The notes: generated by a model not told the origin, from the letters alone. A DNA stretch of 36,049 nucleotides from Octopus bimaculoides (GCF_001194135.2 NC_068985.1:73961694-73997742), one strand, 5' to 3'; positions 9,906 through 22,825 are shown, numbered from the stretch's first letter. Made by a program: numbers and translations.

Positions 9906-11003
9906 GCTCATATTCAGAAACTAATAAATAACATTTGATCATTTGTAACGTATAAGGTACGATGTAACTAAGTATATAGAAATTAAAATGTAAAGAATCA
10001 GTCAGATGACTGAAACAAGCAAAAGATAAAAGATGAAACATATAAAATCAGAGTAATGATATATATCACAAAAATTACCCTAATACAATGTTAGATATCA
10101 TGATACCGCGTTTTACTACTATATATTGTCTTAAATTAGGAAGCTTGAAAAGAATTGAGCTTGATATTCCGAATACTACTGGTTTCGTATTACATTAAAT
10201 TATCATGAATGTATTCAGGTTTTATAAACATGAGTGTGGTACGTATATATGAAAAATAGAGATTATAAAGCATGAATTTTATTAAATTAATTAGCATCAT
10301 AATATCGTGTATTTGCTAATAGCTGTTTCCTCTGTGAATTATATTGTAATACTCTAACTGATTTCTGGAACAGATTAGATTAGATGAAACAACATTTGCG
10401 CTATATGTTTATATTGTATCTACATTATTATCACATCGTATTAAAGCAGATATATTTGTAGATCCAAACGTTTGTATTTCTAGTCACTACTTTAAAGCAA
10501 AGAAAAAAATTCCTCTATTATTCTACATAGACATATCATTAAACCGCGAAGGGAATATGCTTATAGACAACAATTCTAGACAGCCCATTTAGTCTACACA
10601 TCACAAACGAACATAATATTACACTTATAAATTATTTTACTTTTTTTTTGTTATTGATCTGGCTATATATCTATATACATGTATAGTAACATTTTGTGCG
10701 TATCATATAGACAGCTATATGAAGTTCTCAGTTAGAGAACCCGAGACGCAAAATATAAATAATATTCAAGAAGGGAATTCAAGTACATTCAACAATTTGT
10801 ATAAACATATATTCAGCCATAAACCGATTTATATCAGTTATTAAAATATATTAATATATCAATAATTAAAATATTAAAAAATATTAAAAAATTATGAATA
10901 CATAAATATATAAATACAATATACCTATATGACTAGAAGATCAAATTGAAGTATAAAATGTTGATGCATAAAATTATATATAAACATCTTGAACCACTAC
11001 ATA

Positions 11004-11250
11004 GGCGTAGGAGTGGCTGTGTGGTAAGTCGCTTGCTTACGAACTACATGGTTCCGGGTTCACTCCCACTGCGTGGCACCTTGGGAAACTGTCTTCTACT
11101 ATAGCCTCGGGCCGACCAAAGCCTTGTGAGTGGATTTAGTAGACGGAAACTGAAAGAAGCCCGTCGTATATATGTATATATATATATATATNNNNNNNNN
11201 NTTCAACATGGCCAGTCAAATGACTGAAACAAGTAAAAGAGTAAAGAGTA
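11004..11250 (+). mobile_element. SINE family 1 with both ends; interior collapsed at an N gap
   Basis: A-box-like TGGCTGTGTGG (11014-11024), B-box-like GGTTCACTCCC (11057-11067), GGCACCTTGGG segment, internal TA microsatellite and family tail. The head recurs inverted at 34310-34458. Confidence 0.88.
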
Positions 11251-11279
11251 CTATCTTAATAGATTAAAAGCGTTAAATT

Positions 11280-11475
11280 GTTCTTTTCTATTCTAGGCAC
11301 AAGCCCCAAAACTTTCGGCCTGGAGGCCGGTCGATCAGATCGACCCCAATACGCAAGCGGTACCTAATTTATCGACCCAAAAAGGATGAAAGGCAAAGTC
11401 GACCTCGGCGGAATTTGAACGCAGAACGTAAACACAGACGAAATGTTAAACGTTTCCGCTTGCTTGCCACCTTCG
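11280..11475 (-). mobile_element. SINE family 2, tail-to-tail with the SINE1 copy
   Basis: AAGGATGAAAGGCAAAGTCGACCTCGGCGGAATTTGAAC is shared with 9671-9710. Confidence 0.85.
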
Positions 11476-11521
11476 TTGTTAAAGATATTAAAGAATATAA
11501 ATATAAGTCCTTACGAAAAAG

Positions 11522-12060
11522 TGTTCCATCAGAATATATTATAGTAGTGCACTTTTAGTTGAGCTTAAGTGTTATTCATTGGTTACCATAATTTTATGTA
11601 TCCCTATGATTTATAGGAAAAAAGAAAAAAAAGGAATATTTTAAGCTAGTGATAGTCAAGATATTAATTTAAGAGTTAGGCCAGATAATATTCCGACATA
11701 TACCTTCATCATTCTGCACCTCTCCTTTTGCGTATAGGATGTCACTTTATCCAATACCTTCATTGAAAATGTCTAAAGGTTTTCCCTTGCACGTGTAAAC
11801 ATCTCAAGGCCTGTTCTAGTGTACTGTTAAGAAATTTACGTTTGGATAGATGGATCTGGTACATTTCTTCCATGCACAAATCACATCACATTCCCTCTGA
11901 TCTATATCGAATAGTTGTACTAATTTTATCTCATTTTACCCTACCCAGAAAAGTTACGTTAGTATAGAATGGAATAGCGTCACATAAAAGTATGAAAAAT
12001 TCTGAATAACACTTAAACTCAACTAAAAAATGCACAACTATAATATATTTTTATGGAACA
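11522..12060. mobile_element. Unclassified MITE-like element with ~80-bp imperfect TIRs
   Basis: 11522-11578 TGTTCCATCAGAATATATTATAGTAGTGCACTTTTAGTTGAGCTTAAGTGTTATTCA versus rc of 12003-12060 TGTTCCATAAAAATATATTATAGTTGTGCATTTTTTAGTTGAGTTTAAGTGTTATTCA. Similarity continues inward (CATAATTTTATGT / CATACTTTTATGT). No clear TSD. Confidence 0.75.
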
Positions 12061-12519
12061 TTATCGACGCAATTAAGTTTGACTCTAATGCTTTTCAATC
12101 TCCTGTAACCATACGAAAATCTATGATAGAATACCTAGATGCGATTTGCGCTAATTGTACATAGATTAAATACACTGCTTTCAAATCAACACTGGTGTTA
12201 AGTGAAGGTCACTCTAGATATATACTTCAATGCCACATAGAATTTCAACATATCCCCCATCACTTCACTTGGTATCTTTAAATAGCAACATGTAAATAAA
12301 TTAACTCAGTTCTCTTCGAACCACGTATGCAGAAGGACTTGGAATTAAGGTGCACAGAAACTTTTGCTGGATTGTGTGTGCAAATGCACATATTCTGTGC
12401 AGCAGAGACACGCGTCAGTCATAATAATCATGTTGTATGACTTAATGCAAAATTATAAGGAAAAATATTGTACCTGACACTGTATTCTTTATAATTATTT
12501 GAAATCTACACTCCAGATA

Positions 12520-13475
12520 ATATTCATTACCAAAGGACGTGGAACCGTTTTCTTAAACGACAACACCTAGAGACAGATATTTATGACCGTGATGGTAACG
12601 AAGGTAACCCCTACTTTTTATAGCCTTTTTAAGGCATATTTGGTAGTACAACTATATGAACACACCAAACTGAAATTCGGAGACAATTTCTATAAGCGCT
12701 ACCTAGACAATTATTCTTTTCTGTGGTTACGTAATGTGGATCAACTGTTAAAAACTTAATCAATAAGATAAATGTCAGTATTCAATTCACAATGGAATAA
12801 AGTCAAAAACAGCTAATCAGTGTGAACATACTAATAAAAAAAAAAAAATATTATTATTGAAACCGGCATCTACTTGAAGCCAACAAACTCTAAATAATAT
12901 CTACTCCTTTCTTCCTGCCATCTCAAGCACGTAACTATCAATATACGATTTAATTTAGTAAGAAGAATTTGAACAATTTTATCCAATTCCGAAACCCGGG
13001 AAAATTGGACTCCAAGAACTTAGAGATATATTACTCGAAAGAAAATATCCAGTCAATTTAATCAAGAACGGAGAAACACGTGCAAAAATAAGTGACATTC
13101 AAGAATCACAGAAAACAAGAAACCCCCGCAGATACACTTAACACCATTACCTTATGTATCACCATGCGATTCAGGAAACATGGAAACATACAACAGTATC
13201 CATTAGAATATAGCCCTGAAAAACCTGCGAATGAAAAAGCACTTGAAACATAAAAGTAATAAAGGTAAGAGCACCGAATTACCCACAAACTGTATAATCC
13301 GAACAGACAAAAAATGTAGCGGCTCTAACTACGAAACGTACAAAGTTTCAATCTATGGATCCAAATCAAGGAAAGACTTCACCGTAAATGCTCATTTCAC
13401 CTGTGCATCGAGGAACTTAGCTTATGTTATCAAATGTGGTGGATGTGGTGTTTACTACATAGGTCACTTTATATG
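12520..13475 (+). mobile_element. Penelope-like element: RT C-terminal half plus GIY-YIG, degenerate and 3'-truncated
   Basis: From 12571: RQIFMTVMVTKVTPTFYSLFKAYLVVQLYEHTKLKFGDNFYKRYLDNYSFLW (decayed QxxGxAMG and RYLDD). Then ETGIYLKPTNSK*YLLLSSCHLKH and FTVNAHFTCASRNLAYVIKCGGCGVYYIG. Confidence 0.88.
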
Positions 13476-13796
13476 TACGTACACACACACACACACACAC
13501 ACACACATATCCGTACATATATANNNNNNNNNNNNNNNNNNNNNNNNNNNNNNNNNNNNNNNNNNNNNNNNNNNNNNNNNNNNNNNNNNNNNNNNNNNNN
13601 NNNNNNNNNNNNNNNNNNNNNNNTATTACTCCATTTACTAATTTTTTATATTTACTCAATTGCCCAAAATAACAGGGTGTTTCTACCTCATAAACAGGAA
13701 TTACACCACAGTCATTTTGTAATCTTTGCTACCCTAGTATCTATTAATCAATTTATTTTGTCGGAGTTAATTATTAACTAAGAGAAAATAAATACA

Positions 13797-13826
13797 TATA
13801 ATAATAATAATAATAATAATTATTAT

Positions 13827-13880
<54 letters not shown>
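13797..13880. repeat. (AAT)n/(ATT)n/(TA)n compound microsatellite
   Basis: Seen directly. Confidence 0.95.
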
Positions 13881-13882
<2 letters not shown>

Positions 13883-15304
13883 CATAACATTGGAAATGAA
13901 TGTCCCGAATGTCAGAAAATATTTGTTCTGTCCAACTAAAATCAATGAATGCGTTCTGTTATCTTAAAACACTTCCTGTAGTTATGCTGATATTATCCAG
14001 TTTTAAAACCTTATAATTAACTTATGTTTACTTTCCACACCTGATCAGTAAAAGCTGTCACACTGGGTCAATCTTTCTGTTCCCTATATGACCCTTAGAG
14101 CTATTTAATTCGTTGTTGGTTTCTTATAATGTTACATAATTTAATAAAACATATCACTTCTTTATTGTTGTTTTTATTACTTTGTGTCAGATGAAAAGAA
14201 TCGATACACTGTAGCTTTATTTACAGTTAACATTCTTCGTATAAATTGTATGTTATTCCCTGTTGCTTAGGCGACTACTTATATCGTAAATCAAGTTGAT
14301 ATTACACTACTTGGTATACTGCCATAAATATTCTTGCTTGCCATTTGTGATTTTTCTTTCCCGGCAATAATCTTCACTAACAAAATACGAAAGTCGAAAC
14401 AGTTTTCATTTAACCTTGTCTTAGGAATCTAACTTCTATTGTTAAGCATATTTCTAATACATTATTTGGAATATGGAATATTACGTTTAACTGTTTTAAG
14501 CAAAATTTACACTTTCTAACCTGCAAGTACTACCAGCTTTCGCAAATGAAAGGAAGTTGATAAGCAATAAAAAAGTTCGTAACATACTTCATGTAAATTT
14601 GATATATGTATTAATAACATCACTGGATCTGCTTTATGATCAGTTTCCCAGGCAACAAGAAGCAAGGCTGATCTATAGAGCTTATCTAAATACGAAGAAC
14701 CAACAGCAAAAGTCAGTAGCCGACTGCATCTTTATTCAATAAGAAATATCCATTTAACATAAAGACACTGTGATGATTTTGATCCAGCATTTTAGTTTAG
14801 GCTTCAATTTTAAAATATTTATTTAGGAAATACATTTTTACCGATTCTACTCCACTCACTACTATCTCGTGTGCTTTGCTACACTCTCATTAATTTTCAA
14901 CGATCTAGCTTCTGTTCTTCTCCATTAGTTAATAGCCTTTAGGAAAAGGTTTTATGCTACATTTTTAAAATTATTAACGTTCTACCATAGCTTTCATTTA
15001 CAGCACACCTCGCTAGCGTCCGTCACCTAACCTTTAACCAACAAATTGGCAATGAACTGCTAATTTACATTCCGATTCAGATGTTTATGTTCTCATTTAT
15101 TTTTCATTTCTTATTCATTACTTTTTTTTCACGTCTTATATAAATACACCCCATCAACACACATATATACACGTACCAAAATAATCATTCATCTGTTTCC
15201 CTTTTGTATAGAGTTACTTTTTCACACGTATTATCTAATGTTTGTACACTCATTAATACAAACATGGAGACACACATACATGTATAAATTTGTATCCGAT
15301 TACA

Positions 15305-15450
15305 TGTATATGTATATATGTGTGCGTGTGTGTGTGTGTGTGCGTGTGTGTGCGTGTGTGTGTGCGTGTGCGTGGTCTGTGTGCTCGCGCGTATGTTTGT
15401 GTGTTTGTTATGTATGTGTATGTATGTGCATGTATGTGCATATATGTATA
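15305..15450. repeat. Degenerate (GT)n/(GTGC)/(TATG) microsatellite
   Basis: Seen directly; accounts for six spurious ORFs at 15185-15649. Confidence 0.95.
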
Positions 15451-16759
15451 TACAGAGTTCCACATTTTTCTGTTTATTTCTGCCTTCTTTCACTTTCCCA
15501 GGCAATAATAATTTACTTTTTATATTTTTATGTATTATAACACATACATACAAGGAACGCATATACCCTTCCACACATTGAATAGATCTGAATGTATGTA
15601 TCTGGAAGAAAAGTTTTCTCCACAAGCTTTCGTACCTACTCATTACCACATTTGTAGGTTACTGATTCGGAAATGTCGGAACCGATTTTCGTGTTTTTAT
15701 TCATGTATTCATTCCAACCTGGTCTTATTTTTAAAACAAATGTAGGAAAGTCCGTCAGCATCGATACATTTATGCATCGGAGTCATTGGATTTAACGCAC
15801 TAATCTTATTGGATAACATCATAGGTCAAAACCCTTTCTAATATTTTTGAGTAATGATCATGGATTAATGATTAGTTACTATGCTCTTTAGTAATATATT
15901 TCGATGATCTTCCCCATTCTCTCTTTCTTTCTCTAGTTTTCTGCTATCCTGTCATAGATATACCTGCTTAATTATGTATTTTAAACTCTATAGATGTGAA
16001 TATATCCAATATATACTTGAAGTTTTCCATTTAGTATGCACAATAAAGTGAAGCATAAAATCTCATTTCTTTTACTACGATAATACGTTTTTATATAGAA
16101 TATTTTCCCAGTCGATTGCAACTTACTAATCTGGAGATACAGTACAGTAATAGATAGGTGCGAAAGCGTTCTCATATTCCACAGAGTTTAGCTGTTGAGA
16201 TGTAACTATTTTCTGCCTGGATGAGGAGAAATAAAGAATTAATCACATTAGTATGTACTAGCAGGTTTTCGACACAAATGTCTAACTATGTAGTAATTGA
16301 CGTTGGATCATACGATCTGATGATGCCTACCAAAAATTACGCTGTTGATATATTTCGCAATACTTCTCGTTCCTGTGCAAATGGCTGCTCCCTCTATCAT
16401 GCGCTAAGTATTATGGGAATAACATGAATAAAATAAACTCTGAAAAATTCTCTCTAAGACTAATAATATTAGAGAGGTTCAATTCAAGGGAAATATTAAC
16501 ATGATACTCTGAAATCTAGCTATAACTGAATCTTTTTCTCTAGTGTTTAAGATTTATAAATTTATGTTATATTAAATTTGGTCTTTCTATTCCTTTTAAG
16601 GTAATATTCTTTAAATATATTCTTGGTTCTTGGTATATCCGTATCTAATACATTTATATAATTCTATTATAACTAGATTTAACTATCTTCCTCATAAATG
16701 TCTAGATTACATACTGGGGTATAATTTTATATATTTTTCATTTTATTATACATAAAGTT

Positions 16760-17400
16760 AATCTTATGTCGGCATTTTCTTTCTCTCTCTTCAATACTGT
16801 TCAGTAATACCTCTCTCGACTGGAATATTTTCATAAACTCAGTTGTGTATAATAAGCACATTTTATTCTATATCACTTAGCTCTACTACTGATATTCCAA
16901 TTAAGGGTGTAATCTATTTTATCAGATTTCAACTCCCATTTGTATTTACGTAGACCTGTCAAATTTATCAATTTGAAAATTTTGAAGGATTGATAAAGCT
17001 GGGAAATTCTTCTTTTAATTTCTTTCGCTGTGGATCCTATATATTCTTTCTTCTTATTATTATTAGATGTTACAGTAGAGTTATACATTATATTATCTAG
17101 GTTGCAGTTATTATTATTAATAAGGAGTAAACATTTTGATAAGCATTGTTCCTTTGTTAATTTTGTTTACTAGATTCATTTATTAGTTTTATTCAATAAA
17201 TTTATAACGTATATAGAGTTTGTTTTACTTTTTAAATATTATTAACTTACGCTTGACATAAAAATAGTAATTTATACTTGTATAGATAGGGGTAAATCTT
17301 ACAATAAATTATTAACTCCCGTAATGTTTATATAGATAGTCGGTGGAATTCGATGTGTTTATAAAATAGTCGATGAGGGTTTCTTTATGTTTAGCACTTT
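16760..17400 (-). mobile_element. Penelope-like element, second lineage: linker plus GIY-YIG C-terminus
   Basis: ORF 16873-17088 MYNSTVTSNNNKKKEYIGSTAKEIKRRISQLYQSF...LRKYKWELKSDKIDYTLNWNI is followed by LLNSIEERRKCRHKINF (PLE terminal LLN...KCRH motif). A weak upstream KKPSSTIL*THRIPPTI is also present. Confidence 0.75.
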
Positions 17401-19296
17401 CTATATATATATCGGTAATGTATTTTTAGGTGCTTAACTTTATTAATTTTTATTAATTCTGGAGTTTAAAGTTGTTAAAATTTTGTAATTTTAAAACATA
17501 TATTAGTAAGTTATATATGTATGTATTTTGTTTATTATATTTTTATTCATATTTTTATTTTTCTATTCCATATGTCTTAGAATATGTAGTTTTAACATTG
17601 ATCCGTTAATAATAATAACAAAAACGAAAATATCACGAGGACGCACTGGTGGATTTTTGTAGTAAGTATAGTCTGGTTAAACATACCACCAACGTAGGAA
17701 CACGTGCAGCGTTGATTAAAAATATCTTCTTTCCCCACAGACTAATAACAGATAAGGTATATATATTTTTCAAATATTTTTTAAATGATATTTTTTAATT
17801 AATTTTATTGTACTTTATAGTAGGTTTTAAAATGAGTATATAAACACGAAGAAATAAACAGAGAAAGTATAAAAAGAGAATAAATAAACTTTTGGAGATA
17901 ACGGTCAATCATGGCGAATATATATATATATGACAAAACAGGAAGTTGGAATATATTTTGGTAACATTTATTGATCATTACACATGCTTCATTTGCTGAC
18001 AGGAATTACAAGTTTTACATGTTAGATAATATATAAGAAATTTCTTATTAGACTTTCTTCAGAAAGAAGAATCCGGAGTAGTGTGTATAGGTGCATAATT
18101 ATCTCTTTCTTTTTCTTTACTATCTCATTAGGTTCTCTCGCACTTCCCTTTAACTATCTTTACAACCCCTGATTAGTAAATAAATTCGAACACTTCATCC
18201 TAATATAATGTTGGTATTATTTGCTTCTCTATCTGAAAAATCTATATATAAGGAATTTCTTATTAATTTAATCTGACATGTATAATTTTCAATTACTATT
18301 AAGAAATGAATAATTTTTTAATGGTGAATAGACTATACTGAAGAAATTTCCAAGTTCGTGTTTTGTTATGTAATAACTCTGCAAAAATCTATCCAAAATT
18401 TGCAACTCTAATACATATCTTGCATCGATGCAACTAAGACAGCATCTACTTACTGCATAGTTAAAATGGGATAAAATGTGCTGAAGAGCACATAGCTTGG
18501 ATTTTACCTTACCTACATATGTGTATATATAAATATATGTGTCTGTGTTGTGTGTGTGTCCATGTGTATGTATGTGTGTGTGCGCGATAAATTAATGTAG
18601 ATTCAATCAGTCTGTACTAGAATGATCACAGTAAAATATGTAAAACACTTATAGTGTAAATTTTACTTAGCGAATTTCTTAATTACTGATTTAAGCTGAT
18701 CAGATGTAATTTCATTCCAAGATTTACATCTTTCATCTATTCTAATGCCATTCTTTTATATTAGTTCATATTCCATTAAGATATATTTTCATAGAACTGT
18801 TGGTAATTAAATCTGATACTACATCGTACTTTTACATATTTGATGTTTTTCTTTGAACGACCTTCAACAGATATAATGTATAAAATGTTCGATGCAACTA
18901 CTATATTTGCTTACTTCACTGACTCGTATAATTACGCTATATTGATTACTTGGAAACAAAGTATTTAGATAGACATCAAGTGATTATACATACATTGCAG
19001 TGTTGAAAATCTAGCAGTTAATCCTTGGGAATAACAGAAACCACAGTAACCCTAGATACATAAACCTAAAAGCAAAAGCAACCATATCGACGACGACGAC
19101 AAGAACAACAACAGTGACTTACTGAACAAGAATAAAGGTCATGATGGTGAAAGGAGTAGGATATTGATGACGATATTAATAATGATGACGTTGTTATTGT
19201 TCATCAAGATAAGGTGATGTAAATAATAAGGACGACAATGATGTGTTTGGAAAGTGAAATATTAAAAAAAGCGAGCATGGATTTGGTTCGCATGCT

Positions 19297-19344
19297 TGAT
19301 ATTAAGCCTGATATTAAGCCTGATATTAAGCTTAATATTCAGCT
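19297..19344. repeat. 12-bp tandem repeat (TGATATTAAGCC) x4, last copies degenerate
   Basis: Seen directly. Confidence 0.9.
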
Positions 19345-19779
19345 GGCAACATGAAACAAGGAAAAGAATCATCAACAATACATCAGGATAAACATACGAG
19401 TAATCTACAAAGTATCCGTTTGGATAATTAATATAGAACTTGCAATAAATTTGTACATCTACAGTGATATCAAACTGAGCACGGGTTTACAAAATTCTGA
19501 CAAAAGAACCCCAGTGAAAAAGTAATTCAAGAACAAATAATATTTTTTATTGTAGTTGAAACACTAATAATTTTTTAAATTAAACCCCTCGAAATATATA
19601 TAGGAAAGATCATATCAAATACAAATAATGACGTAATAAGAACTGATTTAAAATAACCGGTGTTATCGACTACAGGAAATACGATTGAAGGTTAAGGCAC
19701 GAAGTGAATTCCAGTTGATTATGCGAATGATTAGTAGAAGTAAATAGACAAGTAAACCCGTTTTTGAGGTGTGAAGTGT

Positions 19780-20390
19780 GAGAAGAGCAATACCAGTATA
19801 TGTGCTGGTGGTATAAACAGTTCAAAGTAGATCATTAAGTTTTGGCAAACAAACTCATTATTGTGAACCAAATGAAAATAATTTTGACCAAATAAAATCC
19901 AAACGATAACGACGGAAAGTCATCAGCATTAAGTAAAATGTCTGTCGAGTTGGTCTAAGAAATTAGTTTCATAATGGGATTGATTAAATATTTAATGAAG
20001 CCTTGGAGTCAGNNNNNNNNNNNNNNNNNNNNNNNNNNNNNNNNNNNNNNNNNNNNNNNNNNNNNNNNNNNNNNNNNNNNNNNNNNNNNNNNNNNNNNNN
20101 NNNNNNNNNNNNTAGTTTCATAATGGGATTGATTAAATATTTAATGAAGCCTTGGAGTCAGGAATGAGTCTGATCATTAATAAATATGATGATAGCTTCA
20201 AGCCTGTTTTTGTCTGAGAAGACTTTATCTGCAAAGTAAAGTCTACAGGAGATATAATTCATTCATCAGAATATGTAAACTAATACTAATGGACAATTTT
20301 CAAGTGGCGATTTCCGTAATGAATTGGTTTGCAAGAAAGACTTAGAGTGAATTGGTTTAATGCAAAGAATGGAATAAGTCTAATTTTCCG
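19780..20390 (+). mobile_element. Possible highly decayed mariner transposase fossil
   Basis: YMCWWYKQFK resembles the HTH-region VYRWYKRFK, and EDFICKVKSTGDII...KWRFP resembles FLxxIVTGDETW...W. Many stops and frameshifts. Confidence 0.35.
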
Positions 20391-20716
20391 CAAAGTGTGA
20401 TTAGTTGGTATATCAATTTAATAAATTTACATGTGCATAATTCAACGGTATTACTTCTATAGATGTTGGAAAACTGAAAACTTGGTAAAACATTGAGCAT
20501 TTACTAAAATTTTGTTGCTTAAATTTGTAATTGCTTTCAGTTGACATGGCGCTCAATGCGATAGTTTAATGTGTGTTTTGATTTCAATAATGAGCTCTCG
20601 AGAGAATATAACGATTTTTATATCCGTATATATATCAATATCTCTTTCTACCTGTCTTCCTGCCTGCCTGTCTGTCTGTCTGTCTGTCTGTCTCTCCGTC
20701 TGATTGTGTGTGGTTC

Positions 20717-20720
<4 letters not shown>

Positions 20721-20781
<61 letters not shown>

Positions 20782-20816
20782 CTATNNNNNNNNNNNNNNN
20801 NNNNNNNNNNNNNNNN

Positions 20817-20853
<37 letters not shown>
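20721..20853. repeat. (CT)n-(CTAT)n-gap-(TA)n microsatellite
   Basis: Seen directly. Confidence 0.95.
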
Positions 20854-20856
<3 letters not shown>

Positions 20857-22112
20857 CAAGGTTTGGACAAAATAATGAAAGCAACTAGCATCATAGCATC
20901 ATAATTCTGATATATCTACAAAAACGTGAAAAGCTTATTCATTTTTGTTTTTTGATTTATTATTAGTGTTGCTTAATATGTTTTGCTAAAATTGCTATTT
21001 CTTTTCAGATATCATCAGAAAATAGGTAATTAAATATCATTAAAATGACAGATCTATCGGACTTTTAAAGAGGTCCAATTGTTAGTTCTCGTATGACAGG
21101 CGCTAGCGTAACGAAAACAGCCGAAACTGTTGATATATCAAGAAGTACTGTCTCGAAAGTAATGACAGCCTTTGAGAGAGAGGGAAAGACTTCGTCGAAA
21201 CAAAACTCCGGAAGAAAACCAAAGCTTTCGGATATGGACCGTCGGATTCTTACACGAATTGTTAGAAAGTATAACAAAAGTACAGCTCCCAAAATTATTG
21301 CAGAGCTTAATGTCCATCTCTAGAATCCAGTCTCTACCGAAACCGTTCGCCGGTAACTGCACAAAACTGGATTTCACGGGACGGCTGCAATTGGAAAAAC
21401 ACTACTTTCAAAAACAAACGTTGCAAAGCATTTACAGTGGAGTAAAAACCTACAGAATTGGTCCCGAGAGCAGTGTAACAATGTTATTTTATCGAACGAA
21501 TTATCCGTTACCCTATTTCCGACAACCGGCCGAGTATACAAGTGGAGACAGCCAAAAGAAGTATTTGACCCAGACTGCCTTTTTCCAACTGTTGAACATG
21601 GAGGAGGATCTGTGATGATCTGGGAGGAGGAGAGGCTATATCTTGAAACCCCGCCGGCCCAGCGGTTTCTCTTCTTGGCAGAATTAATAATGAAGACTAT
21701 TTAAGCATTTTATCTGATCAATTTCATCCTATGGTTGTAGAACTGTTTCCGGAGGGAAAGCCAATCTTTCAGGATGATAATGTACCATTTCACACAGTTA
21801 AATTGTTACTGAATGGCACGAGGAACATACTAGTGACGTTGAACATCTCTCCTGGTCACCACAGTCCCCAGATCTCAATGTTATTGAACATTTATGGTGC
21901 ATTTTGGAAAAACAAGTAAGGAGTCAATATCTTCCACAATCATCGCTACAAGAACTGGGGACTGTTTTAGCTGAAGAATGGACAAAAAGTCCCTTGGAAA
22001 CAATTCAAACTTTGTACGAGTCCATACCTCGTAGAATTCAAGCTGTAATTACTGCCAAAGGCGGTCCTACCCATATTAAAATAAATTTGTTTGAAATTTT
22101 AAAGTGTTTCGA
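20857..22112 (+). mobile_element. Tc1-family transposon, decayed, embedded in TA repeats
   Basis: TA then CAAGGTTTGGACAAAATAATG as the left TIR. The right end keeps only GTGTTTCGATTA before the microsatellite and gap. Confidence 0.8.
21045..22080 (+). pseudogene. Tc1 (DD34E-type) transposase pseudogene
   Basis: MTDLSDF*RGPIV...GASVTKTAETVDISRSTVSKVM...NSGRKPKLS, VILSNE (first D mutated), TVEHGGGSVMIW, IFQDDN, SPQSPDLNVIEHLW and LYESIPRRIQAVITAKGGPT. Several stops and frameshifts. Confidence 0.92.
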
Positions 22113-22825
22113 TTATATATACATATACATATATATATATATATATATATANNNNNNNNNNNNNNNNNNNNNNNNNNNNNNNNNNNNNNNNNNNNNNNNN
22201 NNNNNNNNNNNNNNNNNNNNNNNNNNNNNNNNNNNNNNNNNNNNNNNNNNNNNNNNNNNNNNNNNNNNNNNNNNNNNNNNNNNNNNNNNNNNNNNNNNNN
22301 NNNNNNNNNNNNNNNNNNNNNNNNNNNNNNNNNNNNNNNNNNNNNNNNNNNNNNNNNNNNNNNNNNNNNNNNNNNNNNNNNNNNNNNNNNNNNNNNNNNN
22401 NNNNNNNNNNNNNNNNNNNNNNNNNNNNNNNNNNNNNNNNNNNNNNNNNNNNNNNNNNNNNNNNNNNNNNNNNNNNNNNNNNNNNNNNNNNNNNNNNNNN
22501 NNNNNNNNNNNNNNNNNNNNNNNNNNNNNNNNNNNNNNNNNNNNNNNNNNNNNNNNNNNNNNNNNNNNNNNNNNNNNNNNNNNNNNNNNNNNNNNNNNNN
22601 NNNNNNNNNNNNNNNNNNNNNNNNNNNNNNNNNNNNNNNNNNNNNNNNNNNNNNNNNNNNNNNNNNNNNNNNNNNNNNNNNNNNNNNNNNNNNNNNNNAT
22701 ATATATATATATATATATATATACATGCAAAGGCAGGTACAAAGGTACGGGCAAACACAAAAATAAGTTGTACGTATTATTCATTTATTCATTTATTTAT
22801 TCAATAGATGTATATTGATATCTTT

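Noticed and set aside
11004-11075. tRNA gene
   Set aside because: It has A/B boxes but no cloverleaf, and continues into the SINE body, so it is a SINE head.
14557-14742. 61-aa ORF as a possible host exon (also 16221-16427, 33290-33700)
   Set aside because: No recognisable domain, no convincing splice-site pairing and no neighbouring exons.
16310-16350. CTGATGA hammerhead-core-like heptamer
   Set aside because: Stem II would be only 2 bp, with no GAAA and no stem III pairing.
19964-20161. Exact 49-bp direct repeat on both sides of a 100-N gap (19964-20012 and 20113-20161)
   Set aside because: This is the typical unmerged contig overlap of a scaffolding artefact, not a biological repeat or TSD.
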